Below are positions 51,762-63,259 of a stretch of 64,000 nucleotides of DNA, piece by piece. Both the position numbers and the translations under genes were made by a program. The stretch is from NCBI GenBank assembly GCA_963803435.1, contig CAWDML010000002.1, positions 1-64,000 of the forward strand, given 5' to 3'. Positions within the stretch are counted from its first letter, which is position 1; each line of letters opens with the position of its first letter. Source of the DNA: an uncultured delta proteobacterium. GTDB lineage: Bacteria > Myxococcota > Kuafuiibacteriia > Kuafuiibacteriales > Kuafuiibacteriaceae. A model generated the notes under the pieces. The model did not search any database. It saw only the letters and a list, made by a program, of their open reading frames with translations, and had not been told where the DNA came from.

Positions 51762-53327
51762 GTGCGATGGTATGGGATCGGAGTGTCCCATCGGATCGAC
51801 AAGTTCATCGAGGCCATGCACAAGAAGAGCGCCGATCACCTGCTGTTCGGCACGGACACGCCGGTCAGGATCAGCATCGGCGGCTCGGAGCGGGTCATCC
51901 TCGACAAGCCGGTCCGCACCGATCAGCTGGTGAAGCTCTTGGTCCCGATCGTCGGCGACTCGACGCCGCTCCAGCGCAACGGCGAGCACCAGTGCTACTA
52001 CGATGCGCCCAGCGGGCGCATTCACCTCCGCACCATGACCGCTGGCGACCGCATGACCGCCATCATCTCGCCGGACAACGGAGTCGACGAGGCTGTCGAG
52101 CTCGACGCGGTCTCGAACGACGAAGACGCACCGCTCGACATCATGGGGAACCTGGCACCTCAGGCGCAGCCGTTCGCGCAGCCCGAACCCGTCGCGCCGC
52201 CGCCACCGCAGGCGCAGCGGGCGGTCGTGGATCCGGGGAGGGCGAGCGCCACCAAGATCGACGCGATCCTGAGGGTCCTCGTCCAGAGCGGAGGCTCCGA
52301 TCTCCACCTCACCGCGGGCCATCAGCCGCGCATGCGCAAGGACGGCGACATCCAGTCGGTGCCCGGCTGGCAGCAACCGCTCACGGGAGACACGATCTAC
52401 GAGTGGATGTTCGAGGTCGCGCACGAGGCCGCTCGGGAGAACTTCAACACCCGGAACGACGCCGACTTCGCGTACGAGATCGAAGGCATCTCTCGGTTCC
52501 GCATGAACTGGTTCCGGGATCGAAACGGTCCTGGCGCGGTCATGCGCACCATTCCCAGCAAGGTCCTGACGGCGGACCAGCTGGGCCTGCCCCGGGTCAT
52601 CCTCAACTTCTGTACGCTGCCCAAAGGGCTGGTGGTGGTGACGGGTCCGACCGGCTCCGGCAAGTCCACGACGCTCGCCGCGATGGTCGACTACATCAAC
52701 AAGTCCAGGTCCGATCACATCATCACGATCGAGGACCCGGTTGAGTTCGTGCACCAGTCCCAGAAGTGCCTCGTCAACCAGCGCGAGGTGCACATGCACA
52801 CCGAGTCGTTCTCGACGGCCCTGCGGGCCGCGCTGCGCGAGGACCCCGACATCGTCCTGGTCGGTGAGATGCGCGATCTCGAGACGGTCGGCATCGCCAT
52901 CGAGACCGCCGAGACCGGTCACCTGGTGTTCGGGACGCTCCACACGAACACCGCGATGTCGACGGTCGACCGCATCATCGATCAGTTCCCCACGGATCAG
53001 CAGGCGCAAATTCGCGTCATGCTCTCGGAGTCGCTCAAGGGCGTGGTCGCCCAGACGCTCTGCAAGCGCATCGGCGGCGGGCGCGTGGCGTGCCTGGAGA
53101 TCCTGGTCGTGAACTCCGCCGTCTCGAACCTGATCCGCGAGGGTAAGACGTTTCAGATCGCCTCGATCATGCAGACCGGGCGCGCCATCGGGAACCAGAC
53201 CCAGCTCGACCACATGATGGAGCTGGTGAAGACCAAGGTCGTCGCCCCCCGCGAGGCGGTGAACAAGGCGATCGATCAATCGCTGACCAAGGCGGCGCTC
53301 GAGCGCGCCGGCTTCAAGCTCGACTGA
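51762..53327 (+). CDS. pilT: Type IV pilus retraction ATPase PilT with extra N-terminal domain
   Basis: SDLHL, GPTGSGKST, TIEDPVE, LREDPD, GEMRD, TLHT, NLIREGK. Confidence 0.93.
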   Translation: MRWYGIGVSHRIDKFIEAMHKKSADHLLFGTDTPVRISIGGSERVILDKPVRTDQLVKLLVPIVGDSTPLQRNGEHQCYYDAPSGRIHLRTMTAGDRMTAIISPDNGVDEAVELDAVSNDEDAPLDIMGNLAPQAQPFAQPEPVAPPPPQAQRAVVDPGRASATKIDAILRVLVQSGGSDLHLTAGHQPRMRKDGDIQSVPGWQQPLTGDTIYEWMFEVAHEAARENFNTRNDADFAYEIEGISRFRMNWFRDRNGPGAVMRTIPSKVLTADQLGLPRVILNFCTLPKGLVVVTGPTGSGKSTTLAAMVDYINKSRSDHIITIEDPVEFVHQSQKCLVNQREVHMHTESFSTALRAALREDPDIVLVGEMRDLETVGIAIETAETGHLVFGTLHTNTAMSTVDRIIDQFPTDQQAQIRVMLSESLKGVVAQTLCKRIGGGRVACLEILVVNSAVSNLIREGKTFQIASIMQTGRAIGNQTQLDHMMELVKTKVVAPREAVNKAIDQSLTKAALERAGFKLD

Positions 53328-53370
53328 TTCGGAATCCGCGCCGTTCCGCCGCTGTTGATCGGGCGGAAGC

Positions 53371-54165
53371 GTGCTGTCGACGACGTCAAATCTTCTCAGC
53401 GCCGGGCCGCCGGTGAGGCTCGCCCGGCTTCGCCTCGAGGGCTGGCTGTCGGAACATCGACCTGTCTCGATCCCCGACTACGCCGACCGTGTGTTCGCCC
53501 GCACCGTTCAAGTGCGCGACGCGTACGCCGACGCGGAGGTGGCCGCGCTCCTGATCGATCGCCGTCGCTTCCTCATCCCGCTCCTCGCCGGCCTGGGCGG
53601 GGGGGCCGTCTGCTCGTATCTGGTGGATGCGCTCCGGCTGGCATGGGTATTCCGCCGCCACGAACTCCCGGCGCACGAGCTGGAGCCGGTCGTTGCGCCC
53701 CTGGTGGAGCGCCTTGCACCGGCCGCCGAGGCCTGGAGCGAGCCCGCCCGGTCCGACCTCTTCTACTGGGCAGGACGCCTCGGATGGGCCGATTCCACCG
53801 GTTTCTGCGAACCGGACGGCCTGGGAAGCCTGTGCGATCTCGCGACGTCTTTGCGGCAGTGCGACTATGGCGAGACGCGCATCGGGCGAACGCAAGCCGC
53901 CTTGCAGGCAGGGTTGCTTCGGGCGGTCCGCGAAGAGGCCGAGCCTGGTGTCACCGGAATGTTGCTCGCGGGTACGCTCTGGGTGGAAACGGCGGTCGTC
54001 CCGCCCTCCGAGGAACAGCTGGAATGGCTCACGGACCGCCTGATCATGCTGCAGGGCGCCGACGGAGGCTTCCCCGGTGCGTCTCCGCATCGCGCAAGCT
54101 GTGTTGCGCTGGTCGCACTGTCGAGAACGCAAGCCATCTTGTCACGGGACTGCAACCTGGGTTGA
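53371..54165 (+). CDS. Hypothetical helical protein
   Basis: 264-aa ORF ending in LQGADGGF, a QxxDGG prenyltransferase-repeat-like motif. Confidence 0.55.
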   Translation: MLSTTSNLLSAGPPVRLARLRLEGWLSEHRPVSIPDYADRVFARTVQVRDAYADAEVAALLIDRRRFLIPLLAGLGGGAVCSYLVDALRLAWVFRRHELPAHELEPVVAPLVERLAPAAEAWSEPARSDLFYWAGRLGWADSTGFCEPDGLGSLCDLATSLRQCDYGETRIGRTQAALQAGLLRAVREEAEPGVTGMLLAGTLWVETAVVPPSEEQLEWLTDRLIMLQGADGGFPGASPHRASCVALVALSRTQAILSRDCNLG

Positions 54166-54176
54166 CCCGGCGAAGC

Positions 54177-54230
54177 TTATTCACAGCTTATTCACTTCTG
54201 TGGATATCGTTCTGTAAGTCCACAGAACGA
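54177..54230. promoter_or_regulatory. Cluster of DnaA-box-like 9-mers plus a hairpin
   Basis: TTATTCACA (54177), TTATTCACT (54188) and TGTGGATAT (54199). Inverted repeat TCGTTCTGT / ACAGAACGA at 54207-54230. Confidence 0.5.
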
Positions 54231-54437
54231 TTGGCGCCGGGAGAAGCGCTTCCGTGGAGTGCCTGCGAGTTGTTGAGGACCAAGGTATTGCTCACACCTA
54301 CATCGACGGGCGCCGCCTAGCACAGGTTGTCGCGGTCGCCAGCCCCGAAGTTCAGAAATTTGAGCCGGAAAGCCCTGATCCCGCAGGGACGCCGTGGGCC
54401 TCGCCAACGAGGTGAAACTTCACAAGTCCGTCACAGC

Positions 54438-55307
54438 TCACGAGATCTGCCGGACCACCAGGCAGCCTACCAAGAAGAGGACGAACGAGAGCGAGGCGCG
54501 GTATTTCAGCCGCATCACCGGTCCATATTCGTCCGGCTTTCCCTCGAGTCGGAAGAGGGCCCGCCCGTTGAGCAGCCCGCCGGCGGCGCCCACCGCGAAG
54601 AAGAGGAGCCCGATCGATCCCTGAGACCGGTAGAGCGTCGCGCTCACCAGCGCGAGCCCGACCGGGTAAGCGACCGCGAACCAGCGACGGACCCCCGCGA
54701 GGCCGAACGCGACGGCGAAGGTGTGATCACCGCGCGCGCGATCCTCCTCGATCTGGAAGATCTGCGAGACGGGATAAATGCTGAGCACCAGGAGCGCAAC
54801 TCCGCTTGCGGCGACGAGGATGGCGGCATCGGGCGGCTCACCGTTCGCGGCGAGGTAGCCCATCAGAAACGTGTTGGTGCCGGTGCCGACGCCGACGCAG
54901 ACCAGGCTGAGCAGCGGGCGTCCCTTCCACCGGAGCGGCCGCGAGCTGTAGAGCACCGAGAGCACCATCGTGATCGCGAAGAGCCCGATGAACCAGGGAC
55001 CTTGCTGAAGCGCGATCGCAAGCCCGATCAGCTGCACGGTGATCGAGGCCGGATGCATCCACCTGGTCATCTTGGGTGGATGCTCGAGGCCGCCGATCGG
55101 ACCGTCGTCGTCGTCCCAGTAGGAGTTGTATGCGGTCACGCCGCCGTTGAGGAGCAGGTGTACGTTGAGGAACTGGATCGAGAACGACGCCGGCGCGACC
55201 TTCGCATGGTACAGCCCGCCCAGGAGGTAGCCGCCCGAGAGGATCAGGAGCTGGTAGTGCCACCTGAGGTGCACGAAGAACGCGGCGAGCTCATCCCTCT
55301 TGGACAT
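54438..55307 (-). CDS. UbiA-family prenyltransferase
   Basis: [29 protein letters not shown], multiple TM helices. Confidence 0.88.
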   Translation of the reverse strand: MSKRDELAAFFVHLRWHYQLLILSGGYLLGGLYHAKVAPASFSIQFLNVHLLLNGGVTAYNSYWDDDDGPIGGLEHPPKMTRWMHPASITVQLIGLAIALQQGPWFIGLFAITMVLSVLYSSRPLRWKGRPLLSLVCVGVGTGTNTFLMGYLAANGEPPDAAILVAASGVALLVLSIYPVSQIFQIEEDRARGDHTFAVAFGLAGVRRWFAVAYPVGLALVSATLYRSQGSIGLLFFAVGAAGGLLNGRALFRLEGKPDEYGPVMRLKYRASLSFVLFLVGCLVVRQIS

Positions 55308-56619
55308 CGGACAGGCCTGCTCGTTTCATCAGCGCATAGAGGGCGTTGCGCGAGAGACCAGCCTCCTTGGCGGCGCGCGAGATGTTGCCTTGGTGTCGAT
55401 CGATGAGCGCCTTCACGTAGCGCTTCTCGAAGGAGGCGATCAGCTTGTCCTTGGCCTGGTGGAAGGTGGAGGCGCTCTCCTCGCTGGGGAAGATGTCGGA
55501 GGGCATGATCAGCTCGGTCTCGGAGAGCGCCAGCGCCCGCTGGATGACGTTGCGCAGCTCGCGCGCGTTTCCAGGCCAGTCGTAGTGCGAGAGCGTGGCG
55601 AAGGTCTCGGGCGCCAGCGTCGTGCTCCGATCACCGAGCGTCTCCGCGTAGCGAGACGCGATCAGCGCGATGTCCTCGGGGCGCTCGCGAAGGGGAGGCA
55701 CGCGCACCCGCACCACCGCGATCCGGTAGTACAGGTCGTCGCGGAAGCTCTTCGCGGCGACCATCTGCTTCAGGTCGCGATTGGTGGCGCACACGAAGCG
55801 GACGTCGATCGCGCGGTCGGCGACGTCGCCCACGCGACGGATCGTCCGGGACTCGAGCGCGCGCAGGAGCTTGGGCTGGAGATCGATGGGGAGCTCGCCC
55901 AGCTCGTCGAGGAAGACGCTGCCCCCGTCGCCGGCCTCGAACGCGCCGGTGCGGTCGTCCGCGGCGCCGGTGAACGCGCCCTTCACGTGTCCGAACAGGT
56001 GGCTCTCCAGCAGGCTCGGCGTGATCGCGCTGCAGTCGACCACCACATAGGGGCCGGCGGCGCGCTCCGAGTGCGCGTGAACGGCGCGGGCGAGCAGCTC
56101 CTTGCCGGTCCCGGTCTCTCCCTCCAGGAGGATGGTGGCCTCGGAGCGGGCGACCCTGCGGAGCAGCTCGAGGGATCGCTTCAGCTTGTCGTTGCAGGTC
56201 AGGTAGTCGCCGAAGCGCTCGGTGTCCTCGCTCTCGGTGACGATCGCGCGCAGGCGCCGGCTGACCCGACAACGCGTGGCGCCGACCGTGAACGTGCCGT
56301 CCGTGGTCAGGAGCGCCTCCTTGATCAGGACGTCGGCGATGCGCGTCCCGTTCTTGCTCCCGAGATCGATCAAGAGGACGCCGTCCGCGACCGCGCGGAG
56401 CTCCGCGTGGCGTCGGGAGACCGTCGGATCGCTCAACGGCAGATCGACCTCGTCGCCGGCGCCCACCACCGCGCGCCCACCGGGGAGCGCGATGCGTGTC
56501 CCCAGGTCCGGACCCTCGACGACCTCGAGCTCGAGGCTGCACTCGACCAGCTCGTCACCGCCGCCCTCGCGGATGCTCAGCGTGCTGGTGTGCACGAGGT
56601 CGCGGCGGGAGGCACCCAC
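55291..56619 (-). CDS. FHA-domain sigma54-dependent transcriptional activator (Fis HTH)
   Basis: DPTVSRRHA...GSKNGT (FHA), [29 protein letters not shown]. Confidence 0.95.
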   Translation of the reverse strand: MGASRRDLVHTSTLSIREGGGDELVECSLELEVVEGPDLGTRIALPGGRAVVGAGDEVDLPLSDPTVSRRHAELRAVADGVLLIDLGSKNGTRIADVLIKEALLTTDGTFTVGATRCRVSRRLRAIVTESEDTERFGDYLTCNDKLKRSLELLRRVARSEATILLEGETGTGKELLARAVHAHSERAAGPYVVVDCSAITPSLLESHLFGHVKGAFTGAADDRTGAFEAGDGGSVFLDELGELPIDLQPKLLRALESRTIRRVGDVADRAIDVRFVCATNRDLKQMVAAKSFRDDLYYRIAVVRVRVPPLRERPEDIALIASRYAETLGDRSTTLAPETFATLSHYDWPGNARELRNVIQRALALSETELIMPSDIFPSEESASTFHQAKDKLIASFEKRYVKALIDRHQGNISRAAKEAGLSRNALYALMKRAGLSDVQEG

Positions 56620-56685
56620 TCCGTCGTCTTAGGGAGCGTCCAGCCGCGCTGTCAATCTCCCCCTCGCGCCTGGTATCAAGGGCTC

Positions 56686-58125
56686 ATGGCGGGGGAGCGC
56701 AGGACCGAGACGCTCATCCCCGTGGCGCGAGCCGGCTTTCACGACGAGACCGACTCGATCTTCGACCCGACGACGAAGCGCGTATCCACCCGCGCGCTCG
56801 TGGAGCTCATCGCCGCGACGGTCGACCCCGACAGCCCCACGCACGTCCCCGCGGGCCCGCGACCGCCGCCGCTGCGAAGTCGCGCGGATCGCGTCCTCGC
56901 CGAGCTCCAGGCGATGCGCAGCGGGCCGTCGGTGGCGGAGCCCTTCGGGCGCTACACGCTCCTCGGCTCGGTGGGGAAGGGCGGGATGGCGGAGGTGCGG
57001 CTGGCCGCCGAGCCCTTCGCCGGAGCGATACGCCTCTGCGTGGTGAAACGGACCATCTCCACCGGGCCCAAGGTCGAGCACCGGCGAGCATTGCTCCGCG
57101 AAGAGGCGCGCGTCTGCCGGAGGCTCGCCCATCCGAACGTGGTCGAGCTCCTCGACGCCGGTGAGATCGACGGCGCGCCCTACCTGGTGTTCGAGCTCAT
57201 CGACGGCGTCAGCCTGCGTGAGCTGATGGAGATCGTGAGACCGGGGCGGATACCGCTCTCAGGCGTGCTCGAGATCGGGCGCTCGTGTGCAAGCGCGCTT
57301 GCACACGCGCATCGCGCCGCCGGCGATGACGGCCGCCCCCTCGCGGTCGTCCACCGCGACGTGACCCCTCAGAACATCCTGGTGGCGCGGGACGGGCGGG
57401 TGAAGCTGGTCGACTTCGGGATCGCCCGCTTCGAGGGCCGCGCGCACGAGACGCGCGCCGGCCACGTCAAGGGCAAGCTCGGATACATGGCGCCCGAGCA
57501 GTGCCGGCCCGGGCCGGTCGACGGCAAGGCGGACGTGTTCACGCTGGGGCTGGTGCTCACCGAGCTGATCGCCGGGGAGCGCGTGCTGCCACCGGTGATG
57601 ATGGTGCTCTCCGAGACCGAGGCGCTGATCCGATCACGCGCCGCGCTCGCACAGGAGCCGGTCCCGACGGGGTTCATCGATCTGCTGGTGCGCATGGTCG
57701 AGCTCGCGCCCGACCGCCGGCCGACGGCAGGCGAGGTCGAGGCGGAGATCGCCGAGCTCGGCGGTTCGGGTGGAGCCGGCGAGACGCTGGCGGCGTTCGT
57801 AGCCCGAGAGGTGTTCGCGCGCCTCGAGCCCTTCGATCGATCGATCGCGATCGATCCTCCAGCGGCACCTCCGCCCGAGGACCCCACGCTCGAGCCGACC
57901 GATCCGTCCGACTCCAGCTACGCGCGGACGGTGCGCCAGCTCCGCAGCCTCTCCGGGCCTCCGGATGACGCCGCCACTCGCCGGCTCCCCGCGCTCCCGG
58001 CGCTCGAACGGCCCGCGCCTGCGGCACCCGCGCCCGCGTCCGAGCCCGGTCGCGCCGTGTTCTTCTTCGTGTTGTTCGCGGCGCTCATGGGATTTATCGC
58101 GCTGGTCTTCGTGCTCACGCGCTGA
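56686..58125 (+). CDS. Ser/Thr protein kinase with C-terminal TM helix
   Basis: GKGGMAEV, HRDVTPQN, DFG, YMAPEQ. Confidence 0.93.
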   Translation: MAGERRTETLIPVARAGFHDETDSIFDPTTKRVSTRALVELIAATVDPDSPTHVPAGPRPPPLRSRADRVLAELQAMRSGPSVAEPFGRYTLLGSVGKGGMAEVRLAAEPFAGAIRLCVVKRTISTGPKVEHRRALLREEARVCRRLAHPNVVELLDAGEIDGAPYLVFELIDGVSLRELMEIVRPGRIPLSGVLEIGRSCASALAHAHRAAGDDGRPLAVVHRDVTPQNILVARDGRVKLVDFGIARFEGRAHETRAGHVKGKLGYMAPEQCRPGPVDGKADVFTLGLVLTELIAGERVLPPVMMVLSETEALIRSRAALAQEPVPTGFIDLLVRMVELAPDRRPTAGEVEAEIAELGGSGGAGETLAAFVAREVFARLEPFDRSIAIDPPAAPPPEDPTLEPTDPSDSSYARTVRQLRSLSGPPDDAATRRLPALPALERPAPAAPAPASEPGRAVFFFVLFAALMGFIALVFVLTR

Positions 58126-58901
58126 TCACCAGCGGGCGACCCAGCCGAGGGTGGCTCCGCCGCGCGTCACGGCGGCCAGTGGTGCGGTCGAGCCCGGGTC
58201 GAGCAACCACCACACACCTCCCGCGATCGCTGCGGCGCCGGCGATCGCTCCCAGTGCCACCGCGATCCCTCGCTCCTGGTTGATCTGGTCGAGCTGGTCC
58301 TGCGCGCTCGGGCGATCGATCCCGACGATCAAACCGCCGTCGTCGACGATCTCGAGCTGGTCGTCGAGGTGCCTCAGGCGCTGGTCGGCGTGCGCGTACA
58401 CCGCGGCGCCCGCGACCCCGACGGCGACCGCCGCCGCCAGCGTGATGATCGGACCGACAGGGAGCGTGCGGCGTGGGGCCTGGAACTTCACCGACGCCGA
58501 GGTCGGCGTCACGGTGGCCGTCCGGACGGTGGCCGCCTCCTCCCGGGCGCGCCGGGCCTCGGCCTGGGCGGCGATCAGCTTTCGGCGTTCCCGGATCAGG
58601 CCGACCTGGGCCTCGGCTTCGGCGCGCTCGCTGGGACCGATCGCCTCGAGCGCGGCGAAGCGTGCCCAGAGGGACTCGGCATGATCGAGATCGTCCGCGT
58701 CCTGGTACGCCTTCGCGGCGTTCCGCAGCTGCGCCGGGACGAGCGAGAGCTCGTAGGCCTCGAGGAAGAAGGCGCCGGCCTTTGCCAGGTCTCCCTGTCG
58801 ATAGGCCGCGACCGCGCGCTCGACCAGCACCTCGGCGGCGTCCGTCTGGGCGCGTGCGGCGCTCGGAGCGAGGAGCGCGATCAGCAGCAGCAGCGTCCGC
58901 A

Positions 58902-58902
<1 letters not shown>
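58126..58902 (-). CDS. Secreted/membrane TPR-like protein
   Basis: Signal peptide, TPR-like AYRQGD...FLEAY, two C-terminal hydrophobic segments. Typical partner of myxobacterial kinases. Confidence 0.8.
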
Positions 58903-60314
<1,412 letters not shown>

Positions 60315-60332
60315 GATAGCATCGGCGGGCCG

Positions 60333-61211
60333 TCAGGGAGAGACGAGACGGCCGTCGCACCAGCGGATCGCATCGACCTCGGGGCCGCTCCGGTGGGGCG
60401 GATCGAGGAAGCGGCCGGCCTGCGCGGCGAAGCGGGTCGGATCGCCGGTGGTGGTGAGGCGGTCGTGGGCGGGGGGCTCCCGCGCCAGCAAGGGGGCGCC
60501 GAGCAGCCCCGCGATGGCGTCGGCGGTGGCCACGGCTGGATCGACGAACGTGAGCCGGCCCTCCGCCGCACGCTCGAGGGCACGACCGAGAAACGGGTAA
60601 TGGGTGCAGCCCAGGATCACCGTGTCGACCTTGGCGTCGAGGAGCGGCTCCAGATACGAGCAGCTCGCCGTGACGGCCTGATCGGATTCGTGCAGATCGG
60701 ACTCGACGAGCGGCACGAATCGAGGGCACGCGACCTCCACCACGATCGCCCGCGAGTCGAGCGCTGCGATCGCCCTCGCGTAGGCGCGGCTCTTCACGGT
60801 GCCTGCGGTCGCCAGCACGCCGATGCGGCGCCTGACGCTGAGCGCGAGGGCGCGGTGCGCGCCTGGTTCGATCACGCCGAGCACGCGCGCGGCCCCGTAG
60901 CGCCGGCGGGCCGTCTCGAGCGCGGTGGCCGAAGAGATGTTGCAGGCCATCACCACGGCCTTGGCGCCGCTGTCGAAGAGGTGGTCGGTCAGCGCGGAGG
61001 CGAGGCCCTGGATCTCCTCGAGCGGTCGATCGCCATACGGGACGTGAGCTTGATCTGCGACGTAGAGAAAGCGCTCGAGCGGGAGCCGCCTCGCGATCTG
61101 CTGGAGCACCGTGAGACCGCCCACGCCCGAGTCGAACAGGCCGATGGGCGCCGCCGGATCGTCCGAGGGTTGCGTTGCAAGCTGGGTTGCAGAGGGGGCG
61201 AGCACCACCAT
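60333..61211 (-). CDS. murI: Glutamate racemase
   Basis: PIGLFDSGVGGLTV, PYG, MACN, LGCTHYP. Confidence 0.96.
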   Translation of the reverse strand: MVVLAPSATQLATQPSDDPAAPIGLFDSGVGGLTVLQQIARRLPLERFLYVADQAHVPYGDRPLEEIQGLASALTDHLFDSGAKAVVMACNISSATALETARRRYGAARVLGVIEPGAHRALALSVRRRIGVLATAGTVKSRAYARAIAALDSRAIVVEVACPRFVPLVESDLHESDQAVTASCSYLEPLLDAKVDTVILGCTHYPFLGRALERAAEGRLTFVDPAVATADAIAGLLGAPLLAREPPAHDRLTTTGDPTRFAAQAGRFLDPPHRSGPEVDAIRWCDGRLVSP

Positions 61212-61264
61212 GAGAACGGTCCAGCCCGGGGGCGCTCTTCCGATAACGGAGGGGGGCGGCGTTG

Positions 61265-61741
61265 TCACGCAGCGGCGAGGATTTCCCTGGGTTGGCGGGC
61301 CAGCGTGAGCCCGACCCTCGGGCTGGCCAGGGCCCACAGCGCGGCTCCCAGCCCGACGAAGGCCCCCGGCGCGAACAGGGGCGGCGCGATGCTCAGCGCG
61401 ACGCCCACGAGGCTCAGGTCGACGGCACCGCCGGTGGTGAGGAGGCGGCAAAGGGCGATTACGTGAAAGGCACTGCCCACCACACCCATCACCACGGCCG
61501 TGCCCGCGAGCACGCGGGCTGCGTGGAAGAGCCGGCGCTCGTCGCCGGCGAGGAGGGGTCCGGCCAGCCCGATCACCAGGGCCCCGAACGCGACCGGGAT
61601 CAGCTGCGCCGGGTGCTTCAGCGGCCGGCCGGCGAAGTGGGAGAGGCCGGCGTCGAACGCCATCGTCAACAGGCCGAACGCGACCGTGAGGGCGGCGGCC
61701 CGCTTGAGTCCGAACTTTGTGATCCGCTCCGAGAGGTTCAT
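61265..61741 (-). CDS. Hypothetical membrane protein
   Basis: Four hydrophobic helices with conserved-looking His residues and a PPLFAP motif. Confidence 0.75.
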   Translation of the reverse strand: MNLSERITKFGLKRAAALTVAFGLLTMAFDAGLSHFAGRPLKHPAQLIPVAFGALVIGLAGPLLAGDERRLFHAARVLAGTAVVMGVVGSAFHVIALCRLLTTGGAVDLSLVGVALSIAPPLFAPGAFVGLGAALWALASPRVGLTLARQPREILAAA

Positions 61742-61889
61742 CGTTTCTCCTTCCGCCCGGGAGCGATTCAGGAAGCAGGCCAGCGCAGCTCAGTGGGTTT
61801 CGGACGATTCCCGCCGGATCGATGCCAAGGCGGTTGTCGGCGTCGTCGACGGCGTGGTCACCGAGAGCAAGGGATCGTATGGGACGCCG

Positions 61890-63255
61890 ATGTCGATCGA
61901 CTGGGCAGCCGCCACCGACGAAGCCATCCGCCACTTCAGGTCGCTGCTGAGGATCGACACCACGAACCCGCCCGGCAACGAGCGCCCCGCGGCCGACTAT
62001 CTGTCCGGCGTGTTGCGGGAGGCCGGTGTCGACCACCGAGATCCTCGAGAGCGAGCCGGGACGTGCCAGCCTGGTGGCCCGACTCCGCGGCAACGGCAAG
62101 AAGCGACCGCTGCTGCTGAACGGGCACCTCGACGTCGTGGCGGTCGAGCGCGAGCACTGGAGCCACGACCCCTTCGCCGCTGAGGAGGTGGACGGCTGCA
62201 TCTGGGGACGCGGCGCGATCGACATGAAGAACATGGTCGCGATGAGCCTCATGACGATTGTTGCTATTGAAGAGAAGTGGAGGCGAAGCTCGACCGCGAC
62301 GTCATCTTCGCCGCGGTCGCCGACGAGGAGGCGGGCAGCCACCTCGGGTCGCTGTTCCTGGTGGAGAACCACCCGGAGCTGGTGCGAGGCCGAGTACGTG
62401 CTCAACGAGGTGGGCGGTCACACGCTCCACTTCGGCAAGGCGCGCTTCTATCCCATCCAGGTCTCGGAGAAGGGGATCTGCTGGTTCGAGCTGACGGCGC
62501 GCGGCGAGCCGGGCCACGGCTCCATGCCCCACGCGGAACAACGCGGTGGTGAAGATCGCCCGCGCGATCGAGGCGCTGGGCGCGGATCCGGCTGCCGCAG
62601 CACAATACGCCGGTCGTGGATCGCTTCCTGCGCGGCTCGCCCGCGCGCTCCGGCTTTCCGCAAGACCGGCCTGATCCCGCTCTTGCTCCAGCCGGCGCTC
62701 TCGAGCGCGCTGCTCGAGACGCTCGGGCAAGAAGAACCCCGATCGAGGCCGTCGGGATCAACGCCATGCTCCGCAACACGGCCTCGCCGACCATGCTGGC
62801 TGGCGGAAGCAAGGTGAACGTGATCCCCTCGCGCGCGAGCGTCGAAGGTGGATGGTCGCGATCATCCCGGGCCAGAGCAAGGACGCGTTCATCGCGAGAG
62901 TCAGGCGGGTCGTCGGGGACGAGCTCGAGCTCACGGTTCTCGAGCACCACGACGGCATCACGTTCGACGCGAAGACGCCGCTGTTCGACGCCATCTGCGG
63001 GGACGCTTGCGACAGCACGACCCCGACGGCGTGCCCGTGCCATACATGATCCCCGGATTCACGGATTCGTTCGCGTATGCGCGGCTGGGCGCGACCTGTT
63101 ACGGATTCTCGCCGGTGCGCCTCCCGAAGGACCTGAACTTCACCCGGATGTACCACGGTCACGACGAGCGCATTCCCGTCGAAGGCTTCCGGTGGGGGCT
63201 CCGCGTGCTCTTCGACGTGGTCGAGGACGTGTGCCGCGCCCGCGAAGGCGGGTGA
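61890..63255 (+). CDS. M20/M25/M40 metallopeptidase (several frameshifts)
   Basis: IDTTNPPGNE, GHLDVV, GRGAIDMK, ADEEAG, NEVG, GHGS, NVIP, GFTD and HGHDER, spread over different frames. Confidence 0.9.
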
Positions 63256-63259
63256 ACGC

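Noticed and set aside
54177-54230. Firm oriC call
   Set aside because: Only three convincing boxes, no clear AT-rich unwinding element, and no dnaA, dnaN or gidA nearby. Kept only as a finding.
55300-58125. 941-aa kinase; likewise the 690-aa MurI ORF (60333-62405)
   Set aside because: The N-terminal extensions overlap other real genes. The likely starts are 56686 and 61211.
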